From contig NC_068982.1 of the NCBI RefSeq assembly GCF_001194135.2, forward strand, positions 33,388,948 to 33,452,947: a stretch of DNA of 64,000 bases, given 5' to 3'. Origin of the DNA: Octopus bimaculoides (Eukaryota). The notes below the pieces were generated by a model, which was given only the letters and a program-made list of their open reading frames with translations, made no database searches and had not been told where the DNA came from. Shown in pieces: positions 1 through 12,744 of the stretch. Numbering within the stretch: the stretch's first letter is position 1; each line of letters starts with the position of its first letter. The position numbers and the translations under genes are program-made.

Positions 1-450
1 GGCCTGTTCAGAGATTTCCGACAACTAAATAATAATAACATAATTTAAACATCTTTTACCAAACTTCTCCCAAAACTTGATTATACTGAAAATTAATTGA
101 AACACCTAAGTTAGACCATTCATTATAAATATAGTTATGGATAGACTAAATATAAGATAAGTTTTGTTTTTTTTTTTCTTGTCATTCAGCCATAGTAAAT
201 GTTTTAAATATGACCAGATGAAAATGAACATGATCATAAGAAATATAAGCTGTTTCTATGGATTTTCTATTTATATTTGGGTGTATTACATTTTAAGAGT
301 AATATTTTTCAATTATATTTTAAATTTCCACTTTCAAGTTGTGAGAATTTAAAACATAGCTGAAGATCTATGTCAAGTATTTTATATCCTATTATCGAAT
401 TATTTTTTGGTTTCCCATATACCAACACACACAAAGATCAGGGAAATGAA

Positions 451-672
451 TGGGCGTGACAGTGTTGTAAGAAGTTTGCTTCTCAACCTCATAGTTCTGG
501 GTTCAGTCCCACTATGTGACATCTTGGGCAAATATCTATTATAGCCCAAGGTCAATCAAAGCCTTGCGAGTAGATTTGGTAGATCGGAAACTAAAAGAAG
601 CCCATTGTGTGTGGATGTATATGTGTATATCTGTATTTGTCTCCTCCACTACTATTACTTGAACAACAGATA
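451..672 (+). mobile_element. Family A SINE, 5' half, diverged
   Basis: Head and CORE-like block recognisable. Confidence 0.65.
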
Positions 673-883
673 AAATACTCTAAGTAAATGTTTTGAGAAA
701 GTAATCTGAAATCAATTTCAAATTACGGAGTGGTATCTAGATTTCTTTATTTACACCAAAGACTAGTCACTAAGGATCTGCTGTCATAGGCATTGATCCT
801 CTTAAGTTAACTTATTTTTACAAAAAAATAAAGACAGAGCAATAAAGCAATATATTTATAATTTTGGGGGGTAAGGGATTTTC

Positions 884-1168
884 CCTGTAGCCTTGAGCCG
901 ACCAAAGCCTTGTGAATGGATTTGGTAGGCGGAAACTGAAGTGACCCTATCGTGTAAATGTGTGTGTTATTGCGTCCCCCATTACTGCTTGACAACTGGT
1001 GGAGGTTTGTATACGTCCAAGTAATCTAATGGTTCGGCAAAAGAGATCGATAGAATAAGTACCAGGCATAAAAAAAATTTCTGGGGTCCATTCGTTCGAC
1101 TAAAACCGTTTCAAGGCGGTGCCCCAGTATGGCTGCAGTCCAATGACTGAAGCAAGTCAAAAATAGAT
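884..1168 (+). mobile_element. Family A SINE, 5'-truncated
   Basis: GCCGACCAAAGCCTTGTGAATGGATTTGGTAG...GGCGGTGCCCCAGTATGGCTGCAGTC...GACTGAAGCAAG. Confidence 0.7.
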
Positions 1169-4100
1169 ATTGTCAAACATTATACGTCATTATCTAATTG
1201 ACATTTAACATCTAATACAATGAATTCTAAAAATATAAAAGTGCCAACAAGAAAAGAAGCTTTGAACAGTTAACAAGACAAACAGAAGTTTTAACAACAA
1301 AAGCAGTGAAGCACAGTGACAATGTCCAAAGTGCTCTCCCAGCTCCACCACTTAATATGAGGGTTACACAATATATAATATCCTTAAATATGATGCAACA
1401 AACCAAACCGCAATTTGACACAAACTAATATATTTGTATAGCAGTAACACATAAAAATTCTTGCCTTAAAAAGTGCAATGTAAAAATAAAATAGTCTTTC
1501 TAAAGGACGGACGGACGGACACGCTAATCAGACTTGTCATAAAGGCAGAATCAAGAGATTACGTAAACCATAAAAATACCATATTGAATTTGGAAAAACT
1601 GAGAGCTACATTAATCATGGCTAGAGAGAAGACACTTATGGTTTAAGGAAGCAACTCAAACCAAATAACTAATTGTTAAGAACTAGCAACAACAAAATGA
1701 GAGTGAATTGTGAATTTTACATTAAATACATCTGAAACCACATTTAACTAATACTTAACAGTGTCGCTGATAGTTTAAGGTTTTCGATTGTAAGAAAAAG
1801 AAACATGATCTATTTGAAAATGCCACTTCTCTGAGTCACCTAATGTTTTGAAATAAATCCTCCAGGCAATATTTGGACCACTATATACTTCACAACTGTA
1901 AACTACATTCAAGCAAACCATTATAAATATCACACATGGGTTCCTTCGCGAATGTTAGTCAATATTACAAACAAATAATTATTGTAAATTATAAATGTCA
2001 AACTTTACCGCATAGACAAAGGAAGTAGGAATATTTATAGTAAACATTTTGAGTTTGGATAACAAGAAGGCCTTTTTGGAAAACATTAATACACATAACA
2101 ATCAATGCCTGACATAAGCAATTATTGAAAGTAATGTTGAAATAAAATTCCTTTCATGATAAAACTGTCCATTTGAGCATCAACTTCAAGCAGGAAAAAA
2201 AAAATGATAATAATAATTAATTTTCCCATTTTATAGTTTCAGAAACCAAATAAAGCAACGAATAATATAGAAAAGAGATAAACGTGAATTAGCACATAAG
2301 TGGTTCATAAATAGGAATACAGAAGAGTATAGGTTTTTAGATAACTGAATCTCACAAGATTAGGTAAGACATGAAACTGTATACTAACTTAATTGATTCC
2401 CCCCACCCCGTTAATGTTAAAAGTATGAAAACAAATACTAAATACCATACCCACTTGGAGAAAAACTTTACATATATGCATATCTTTCCAACAGAAAAAA
2501 TTCTATTTTGAGTTTGTACCATCAGGTAAGTATCAAAGTGGAATTCAAAACTTTTGAATTTTATTTTAAACCTAGTTTTGATTTTTTTTTTTCCTCTTTT
2601 AAACTATGATCCAAAGATGTGATTCTTCAAAATTGCTGTAATTTAGAGGTTTGGGGTTTTTTTTTTTTTTTAATTCAGAAGATTATATATATATTATATT
2701 ATATTATATACCAACAATGATCACACCAACATCAACAACTCAAGGCAGCTTTGTTGTTTTCTAAAAATCATAAGCGTCTGTCTGTGATCCATAAAATAAT
2801 CTTCATAACAGGGATCAACATATAGATTGCCAATTCCAAATGTAGCAGGGAAGTTGGAAAATACGGATAGTCTCTATCTTATGAAGAATTATGTAATCAA
2901 GAGAAATAATCATAGATTCTACACCAATTTAATGCAGTACAAAAACAGATAAGTTGAAAATCATTCCACCCCCATCTCATAAATTATTATTTTTCTGTAG
3001 TGTGTTGAGTATATGTCAAGATAAACGGTTGGCCAGATGGAAACCTAAAGAATAAAACCTTTTGATGTAAGAAGTAAAAGTAAAATTTTAAAAAACTTGC
3101 CAACATTTTCCCGAAAGTCACAAAAGTATAAATGAAAAAACTTAGAGAAACTATAGATTATCGTTGAAAATCTGTGAACCGTTGAAAATACATCTTTGTT
3201 TTAAAAAAAGAATGACATTTAACACTAAACAAGACCGAAATAATACATCTTTCATCTTTAAAAAGTGGTTCTATGAGGAAAAATGTAGGAGAAAAATGTC
3301 CGACATCGTTTCGACAAAACATCATGGAAATATCAGATGAGTAGAAATAATACTATTAACATTTTGTTGTTTTTACAATGAACAGACAAAATGAGTCGAA
3401 TATTTTAAACTAACGTGGTCAGACTAATCCAGAATAAGAATATAATGATGTTTGTTATGAGAAGAAAAAAAGTGTCATTACGAAATATCATCATTGCTCC
3501 AATTCCATGTGTAAAAAGTCAGGCAGCTCCAAATGTAGTTAAAGACTTGCAACTAAACTGATTGGATGAAAGAAGAATTGCTAAAGAAAGATCCACCTTG
3601 TTTCATTTTCATTTTTTCCCCCTCTCATAATAAAACTGATCTATAAAAAGAAATGGAATACTAGATTACCCAGGGGAAAAACGTGTGATAAAACGACCAA
3701 AACAAACTTTTTATTAGTCAGACGAAATGACTCGCTCTTTTCTTTTTTTTCCTTTTAATATTCCAGTCAGGAACTAGACACACCACCACAATTAAAAATC
3801 GAACTTAACCTAATAACTAGCTAATAATAAGCTAACACGAGTAAATTATTTTATAAACTAGCAGTTTATTTTAGACTGTCTGCTTACTTACTGTACAGAG
3901 CCAAAAAGAAACGAAAATCTATTTGTTTTAAGAGAGATTTACTTTTCCAGCAAGGTGGTTTTCCTTAACGAATTTTCTAGAGTATGTTGCTAAATGTCAA
4001 TAACGTTCATGTCTGTTTACTATAATGACCACACGGACAATAAGCTAAATATTTAACTCGTGGTAATTATTGAAACTTTGTCAAATTAATATTAGTATGT

Positions 4101-7100
4101 TAGTTACTAACTGATAGAGAGACAAAGGAAAGGTAAATAAAGTTCAGAAATCAATATACACACATGGCAACAACTAGAAGTACAAAAACTTCAAACCAAA
4201 ATAACCTGTCCTCTTACGTTTTTGTTTTTTTTTCTCCCTTCTTTCCTGTTTATTTTTACTAACAGTGTTTATGAGTAAGTCACACGACACATTGGATAGA
4301 CAGACTTCCTATTTTTCGAAGTCTAAATAAGTGACTAGTCTTGTCTTAAGTGAATGAAAGAAGGGCAGAAGAAATAGCAGCAGCCAAACTAACAGTAGGA
4401 GCAGTGTTTCCTACTGAAGAAGTAATAATATATGTAGGGGAGGTAGCAGCAAAAACAACCTAACCCCCCCCCCCCAAAAAAAAAAACTTAACTATGACAA
4501 GGGAATTCATTTTTAGTTTCCAGAAGTATGAATATCTGATTACAGCAACCAATAAGGCTATCAACAATAGCAATAAAATTAATAATTGCCACAGTATCAT
4601 CTATACTTGGTGACCACTATTTAATAATATTAACGATGGGTTAATCGGTGCGTGTGTGCTATGTGAAGTGATTTCACAATTAAGGTGGGTTGTTGTTTTT
4701 TTTTAAATCTTACAGCAATTTTAAACCAAGTGATCAAAGCTTTTCTCGTATTTTCTTTCTTTCTTTCGTCCGATTATCACATTAAAAACGGTTTTATCAT
4801 CGAGAGCCACTGATAAGAAATATTTATTTTGGACAGCTGTTGGATCTTATAAATATTTAGATCAACAACCAACCGACTCAATCAGCTAACAAGACAGAAA
4901 TGGCGAAATTAAGTAGATCCCATAAATTATTTTTTTTTAAATGTAAGGAAACCGTTCATTAATCTCGGTAAGAAAGTTTAAATAGCAACGTTAATGTAAT
5001 AAATCTTACAAGCAACTGTCAATAAAAACCATCACAATTATCTTCATCTAATAATTATCAAGTAAATTTCTATTCATTTTAAGAACATTGGATATATCTC
5101 TGTGAGAAAGAGTTAAGGTCTTTACAAAACGATTTCAATGTAAAAGATAAAATACCGAATCAGTCATATTGCGAGGACTAATTTACGAAGTGGAACACTT
5201 CAGAAAGAAATAGGGTCGAATCGATTAAAACCTTTTTCTTACAAAAAGGAGCCGTGTGATTAAGACAAAATAATAACCATTAATATTATGATTTCTAACA
5301 CAAACATAAAGCCACAAATAATGACTTCCTAACTAACGTATAAAGTCTGTTTGCGATTAGATAAGGAATAGTTTGATTAAACGGAGCCAATATCTTATTG
5401 GCACTTATTTTCATCATGACATTAGCTTTATAACAAGAGAGAGTTTATAGGATAGCCGGGTATGGTCAAAAGCTATAGAATCTATATAATTTTAAGGTTT
5501 TGGATTTTGCCCTTCGTTTGAGACTCAGAAAAAGGAAAAGTGACACTGCTTGGGTAAGAAAGGGGAGAGAGAGAGGGCTCATGTTAAAATCATTTGTCTC
5601 TAATCAACACAGCAATTAAATGGTCGGTGGCAGACAGGGACAGAGCATAGTTTACAGAAGATAACCACTAGATTAATTACTGTCAACCTATCAAATTAAA
5701 TGTACACCATTCGAGAGCGATAAGCTTCGCTGTAAACATTAGACAGTAGCACCAAATGTTAGCGGAATAAGATTGCATGAACGAACAATAGGTGGTTGTT
5801 ATGTAGCGGGTATGTATCATATGGGTGACAGAGGGAGCTAACAACAATAGCAGCCAAGTTTCTTTCAATCACCTCTGTTTTTAAGACAGTAAATAATTTA
5901 AGTACAAGATAGACAAGGCCTGAAATAAAATTCAAAATTAAAAAAATTAAAAAATGGTCAGCGTAGGAAGGAACTATTTTGATCATTCGCCTACTCATCA
6001 GATTTGACCAGGGGTTAAACAAAAGACCAGCGAGAAGGAAGATCCAATCAAGGGGAGGCTTTGTTGAATCAAATTTATCCCTTACATCACAGCTGATACA
6101 GCTTGTCCTCATTTTCTTTATTAAAAAATTAAATTCTCAGACGTGACAAAAAAAAAGAAGAAATGGAAAAAAAAAACAGAACTATCAAAATAACTATCAT
6201 AGACTGCTAATATATGAATATATGTAATCATAAAATATTGTTTTCTTACATAAGCATAACAAGTATTTACGAGTTGATGGAGCTTATATTCATCTGAAGA
6301 GCAATAGCAACAAACCGACCGTTTAATTGCTGTGTTGATTAGCGACAAACGTTACTTAAATCAACACTAATCACTAATATAATGAGGCTGATAGAGAAAG
6401 TACTCCCATTAATGAGGCTGACAGAAAGTACTCCTAACAGGACCGGTTTGTTGGAGAACACTTGCCTATAAAAAGATTACATTATACACACTATACCAGT
6501 ATATACATTATACATATAGGATATTCTGTTATATATAAGTTCTGTTTTTTATGCTGACATACAGTACTTTGTTTTAAAGAGGCAGCCCCATATCTCTGAT
6601 ATGAACAAGGGAAAATTCACAATTTTGAATGAGAGGTTAGGTAAGGGATATCACATTTCATTTAAATACCATAAATAATAGTTGAAATACATTTTCTTTC
6701 AAGTTGCTTATTAACTATAAATGCATGGCTTAGTACACAACACAATTTATATAATAATAGCATTATTACACGTATGTGAAAGAAAAAGAAAATCACGCTT
6801 TAGTTCTATTTTAAGTGTTCTCTTAACTTTTTCTTCCTGCAACTTTTTTTTTAAACTGGATTCGTTTCAGTTATGGCTGTCTCTGTTTAAGATACATCTC
6901 TGAGGAAGTTAAGATATTACGAAGGAACAATGGGCCTCCTATATAATTGATGGAAATGCTAGAAATAGCAGCCAAATCTTCAAATCACACACTAGCATCT
7001 TGAAAATGGTAAAAAAAAAAAACAATGATGGGAAGTACACAAAGTCTGAAATAAAGATACTTTGCTCCAGCTGGAAGTTCCCTAGTCTTCACTAAAACAA

Positions 7101-8213
7101 ACTGAACAGTTAACAATGCAAAGCAGACCGGTGTGTGTATAATGTTATGTATTATATTTGCTACTGCTATGCTTGAGTGACAAAAGTATATATATATATA
7201 TATAATCCAACTCTGCCAGTGCGTTTTATTTATTCCTTTTAATCCACAGGGGCAAATATCAAGCTTCGCTTCGGTATAGCTTATATGTTATTGTTTTACT
7301 ACCACTTAATAGCAATGGCACGATTGTCTAGCTTCATTTTGTTTTAATAATTGTTTACTTTAATATTCCCCACTCTGTGCTAAAATCCAGACGGCAGACT
7401 CAAGAAGATTAACAAATAACAATCGGGTCCCTACCATGACAGTAGCAGTAGCAACATTAATAATTGATGATGAAGATTTCTTTTATTTGCCACCAGTGCG
7501 ACGGATGAGGCGGGGGAGAATACAAAGACAGACATAAAAGTATAAGTATTTACAAAGAATGGAATGATAAAAAGAAAAGAAAAGTAGAAAGTAAACAATT
7601 TATACAAAAGAACAGATGTAGATACATTACCAAAAAAAAAGTGATAGTGAATAATAACTTTCTCCTATAGACACAAGGGGGTAGGGTATTCAATCACATT
7701 GACCCACCTTGCTCAACTGATACCTAATTTTATCAACCCCAGAAGGCTGAAAAGGCAAAGTTGACCTCGGCGGAAACAATAATGATGATGATAATAATAA
7801 TTACCAGCAGGTGTCCATGACATTAAAAAAACCAAGGTAAAATAGTCCAATAGTCCAGCGAATGATAAGTAGTTAGTGCCAGACAGCAGCCACTGGTTCC
7901 GTCACTGGATGTATGAGGATACGTGTGCCACCAACTGTCTCTATTTTTTCACACTCTCTTTGTCTCTTTCTATATGGGCCGTTTTTACCCTCCTACCACG
8001 TCATCGTCTTCTTTATATCTCCACCACACCCTCACACTCTGACTCTTTCGCTTTCCTCCCATTACCGCTGTTCTGTATTAGTTTATAACTTAACAGCTTC
8101 TTTATTCAGTGACAAAGTGGGATGAAACAAAACAACAATTACCTCCCTTGCTACAGTTTTACTATTTTTATTCTGCGTTTTTATAACTTTTACTTCACAC
8201 ACAAATGCATAAA

Positions 8214-8267
<54 letters not shown>

Positions 8268-8370
8268 TGTGTGTGTGTGTATGTATGTATATGTGTATTT
8301 ATATATATATATATATGTGTGTGTGTGTATATACACACATACATATGAACATATATACATACATACACAT
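8214..8370. repeat. Compound (TA)n/(TG)n/(TACA)n microsatellite, representative of dozens in the window
   Basis: Direct inspection. Others include (CT)n 16372-16440, (CA)n 21740-21792, (GT)n 33712-33757, 41119-41182 and 58221-58260, and (TA)n/(TG)n 43826-43900 and 44010-44180. Confidence 0.95.
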
Positions 8371-9029
8371 ATATTTCCTGTCACCTCAGACTTATCTGGT
8401 GGAACATTAACTTCATGTTACTATCATCATAAGATATGTGACGTACCGGGCTTCCTAACATTTCGTGATGTCTCTTTTTATTTTAAGTTCAAATATTGAG
8501 ATGTCAAGTTCACCTTTTACTCTTGCGGGTTAGATATAATAAGGTATCAGGGGGAAATAGATGAACAATCCAATCGAATATAACACTTTCTCAAAACAAA
8601 ATGTACTGATCTTTGGTTTTAGGTACATATAACTTGCATGATTACTTAGGAAACCAAATCAATGCGGGGGATATTTGGATGGCCCAAGTAAACAAACAAA
8701 AAAGTAAATTATTATGGTGGTACGGATAGCAAAATTGGTGGAGCATCAAACAAAATGCTGCTATTTATATTCAGTTATGTCTTTTTACGTCGTAATTTTA
8801 AATCTCATCGAGGGTAAACATTACTTCTCATATTTCCGAGGTAGATAAAAATCAAAGTCAAGCACTATTGTCCAAGCAACCTTCCTGAAAAGTATAATAG
8901 CTTTGTGTGTGTGTGTGTGTGTGTCCCTATACAACATACTTTTGTAACTTGTCTGTAATGTACCCCCTCGTCCGATGCCCTAATGGCAATAAAATGTCAG
9001 GAAGGCGACGGATTGATAGAAAACCGTTA

Positions 9030-9250
9030 GAGTCGGACAAAATACTTAGTGGTATTTCTTCCGGCTTTCTATATTCTAAGTTCAAATCCTATCGAAGTCA
9101 ACTTAGTTTTCCATCACTTTGAGGTCAGTAATGCAAAGTGACAAACAATCAAGTACTGGAGTCGATGATGTCGACTAACAAATGCTCTCCCCGCTAAAAA
9201 TCGCTGGCCTTGTACTAGGAATAGAAAGAATTATTATTATTATTATTATT
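9030..9250 (+). mobile_element. SINE family C with (ATT)n tail
   Basis: TTCTAAGTTCAAATCC..GTCAACTTAGTTTTCCATC..GGCCTTGTACTAGGAATAGAAAGAATTATT. Confidence 0.6.
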
Positions 9251-9974
9251 ATCAGCGAGATAGTTAAGTCATGAAAACCTGGAACTGACGAAGCCAATAA
9301 TTGATTCGTTGATATTAATATAACTGATAAAAGTTACTATTGCTGATATCAATACAACTAATCCAGCCACCACGCAACAACACCACAATGACTCTAATAC
9401 ATGTGTTCTTATATAGCTTTTTTGTTGTTGCTTCTTAAATACTATTGATCTTTACGAGATAGGGTGTTCTGTTTTAAACAGTTCTATTTTCAAATGCATT
9501 TCTAGCATGACTGGCGTGGCATAACTTCAAAGAGAAAGAAGGGTGGTGGGGAGAAAGCTAAAAAGAGAAGTAGGGTGGTGAGAGCTGCTAAAAGGAGTCA
9601 TATCTCATCGACAGGGAAATTACACATTACAAGCACATTTGAACTGTCTGCTTTTCAAGTGAAAGGAAGGGTGGAGAAATTATCTCCTTTAAAATGACTT
9701 CAGCCTGACATTTTTAAGATGAAAATAAATATAAAACAATGATGTAAGGATAGCTAGCATATTTATCAATGCGTTAATATACATCTTACAGAAGTTTAAT
9801 AATCATTCATCCATACATTATCAAATTTATTCATTTATATTAAGTCGGCTTTTTTTTTTTTTTTTACCGAGATCGAAACCAGGTCGTGAACTCGGTTTTC
9901 AGAAAATTTTTCTCTTCTCTACTCTGAAATATTCTTAAGTTGATTAAACTTTTCTGTATACACTACAATGTGAT

Positions 9975-10333
9975 TCTTTTATTCTTTTATTTGTTTCAGT
10001 CAGGTGACAGCGGCTAAGCTGGAGCACCGCCTTCAGTCGAGTATTCTTTGTAAGCCTAGTACTGACCCTATCGTTCTCTTTTGTTGAGCCGCTAAGTTAC
10101 GGAGACGTAAACACACCAACATCGGTTGTCAAGCGATGTTGGGAGGACAAACACAGACACACACACAGATATATATATATATATATATATATACACGATG
10201 GGCTTCCTTCAGTTTCCGTCTACCAAATCCACTCACACGGCTTTGGTCAGCCCGAGGCTATAGTAGAAGACACTTGCCCAAGGTGCTACACAGTGGGACT
10301 GAACCCGTAACTATGTGGTTGGTAAGCAAGCTA
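9975..10333 (-). mobile_element. tRNA-derived CORE-type SINE (family A) with internal (TA)n
   Basis: tRNA-like head GTGGCTGTGTGGTAAG..GGTTCAGTCCCACTG, CORE-like ACCTTGGGCAAGTGTCTTCTACTATAGCC and tail GACTGAAACAA. Resembles octopus OR-type SINEs (from memory). Confidence 0.8.
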
Positions 10334-11477
10334 CTTACCACACAGCCACTTCTCTTTCGTGCAAAGTATCAACAGCGAATATTATTTAGACAAGCCTCGC
10401 AAGCCAAACTTTTCGAAGCGAAAAAAGAAATCGGGATTTCCATGCTTTGCCCAAGATATTTGCAAATTTGGATTGTCGTTGGAAACTTTAACATCTAAGT
10501 ACTGTGCTTATATGGCTACGTTCTATAGAAAGCAGTTGATCTAACAAACGAGCGTATGATACTAGAAACCTGTAGGAAAAGCGTGTTGCATGAGATGGGA
10601 TAAGACTTATTAGACACGGTCATAATTCACATTTACAGTTGAGGTTTGGTGATACATCTGACCGACATATTATTCTATAGGGCTTCAGTCCAATTCACTG
10701 TCGGCAACAGATATTAGATTAATCAGATGTTCAGCCTCAGACCAGACCAGAATCAATCGGTCAGCCTATATTGTGAGTGGATGTAAATTCCAGTTCTGAT
10801 TTACAAGCTGCATTTGATTAAATGGTGTTTGCGCAACAGCCTACGCCGCATTAAAATCGTCACGCAGAAGACATCTTCCATAGATACAGACTTGACTGTA
10901 AGTATCATACACATCACCATGGTCACAAACAACAGCGGGTGGCAGTTCTATATATGTCACCTACCGCCTCACTAAACCAATACACATGACACAGACAGCA
11001 CGAAGGAGTATTTCGGCAAGAAACAAAGATTATAAAGTCGGCGTTTACTTGCAAAGCGAAGGCAATAATGTTTATGCTCGTGAATTTAAAGAGCAGTAGT
11101 GATGGGTAAGCATCCGTTGTTGTTGCTGTTGTTTAACTCCAGGCTAGTCATGATCGAACAAACCTATGATGGTTTCAAGAGTGACAATCTCGTCTTTTCC
11201 TTCTTTTTTCATTTTCTGCCCCCTTCAGACATACTATAACCAAAAGTACGTTATCTAATGTGTTGTTCCTTTTTTTCAGCCAGTGAGATAGAAATAGAGG
11301 GAGACTTAGCTGCTCTTACTAACAGGTTGATCAACTGCTTCAGTTCATGCTAGTCTTGAATATATGTTGGACTCATACATACTAAACACATACATACTTT
11401 GTATAAATATATATAAAACTACAGAAATAATTTATCTAGTTATGAACACACACATAAATGTACACACATGCCTGCGC

Positions 11478-11872
11478 AAAAAGAAGTTCGCTTCCCAACT
11501 ACATGGTTCTAAGTTCAATCCTATTGCATGACACCTTGGGCATGTCTTCTACTATAGCTCTGAGTTGCTTAAAGCCTTGTGAGTGGATCTGGTAGATATG
11601 AACAGAAAGAGGCCTAGTGTGTGTGTGTGTGTTGCTATCTCCTTGACAATATACGATAGTTTTAAACAAGTATTATCATGGTCCATGGTATCCTTCATTT
11701 ACTGAAAACACACCTAGCCCGACGGATATCAATTAACCTTACTTGCAAACAGGTGAGGGTTGGTGACAGGAACAGCATCCAACCTCAGAAAATCTGCCTC
11801 AACATAATTCGATCCAACTTAAGCAAGCTTGGAAAAGTTGAAGCTGAAACTATGATGCTGATGATGGTACCT
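11478..11872 (+). mobile_element. SINE with family A head/CORE and an RTE-like tail
   Basis: CORE block, then (GT)n, then GAAACAGGTGAGGGTTGGTGACAGG...TGATGCTGATG. The same layout occurs at 48075-48470. Confidence 0.6.
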
Positions 11873-12304
11873 TCCAACACACACACACACACACACACAC
11901 TTTTTTCTTTTATCAAGAGGAAAAGCAGAGCCCATGACACCTTACTGAGTCCTATGAGACTGGTGGGAGAACCGGAAACCTGACTCACATGCTTGCAAAA
12001 AAGAAGGACTCCACTAATAGTTCCCAAGATGTCAGGTGGTCTCATGTTAAACAAAGCAACTGAAATCATTGCTCAGTTAAACACTAAAAAGGAATTAAAA
12101 TAGCAAGCAATTTCCTTGCAAAGAAGAACGCAATGATAAAAATTTGTAACCTATGCATCATAAACTATCAATTATCGAATGCTATTCTGAAAAATACTAC
12201 ACTTCAATCTTGGCTAAATGTTTTAGTGAAATTTAGATATTTTTTCTCATCATAACAAATTATTCAGCTAAAATTTCAGTGGCCACAGTTAAAATGCACC
12301 ATTT

Positions 12305-12505
12305 TGAGCGTGGTCGTGCAGGTGACACATACAAGCACCCACTACACTCTCTGAGTGGTTAGCATTAGGAAGGGCATCCAGCTGTAGAAACTCTGCCAAA
12401 TCAGATTGGAGCCTGGTGTTGCCATCCGGTTTCACCAGTCCTCAGTCAAATCGTCCAACCCATGCTAGCATGGAAAGCGGACGTTAAACGATGATGATGA
12501 TGATG
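12305..12505 (+). mobile_element. RTE-type 3' UTR/tail fragment
   Basis: Nearly identical to 26170-26368; ends in (GAT)n. Confidence 0.8.
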
Positions 12506-12744
12506 AAATCTTCTTGCTCTATTTCCAAACTCAATTGAACAAGTTTGCTTACTAACTTCATCTCACCTTCAGTCTTCAACCATATTGCAGAGTGCATCAA
12601 GTACATTACTACATTAGCATTTTTTTTTTCAACTTCTAATTGCAGTTATGTAAACAGTAAGTAAAAACATTTAATCTTTCTGTTTCAATTCTATTCAACC
12701 TCACCAAATACTAAATTTCAGGCTGTAACTGCTCTTTTGCATTG

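Noticed and set aside
5759-6112. 117-aa minus-strand ORF with an internal GTAAGG donor and a strong acceptor
   Set aside because: No recognisable motif or partner exons, and composition matches non-coding T-rich DNA.
8122-8499. ORFs rich in YIYI, CVCV or THTH, throughout the window
   Set aside because: They are translations of (TA)n, (TG)n and (CA)n microsatellites.
10136-10498. Recurrent peptide PNPLTRLWSARGYSRRHLPKV, also at 29622 and 49403
   Set aside because: It is the antisense translation of the family A SINE, not a gene family.
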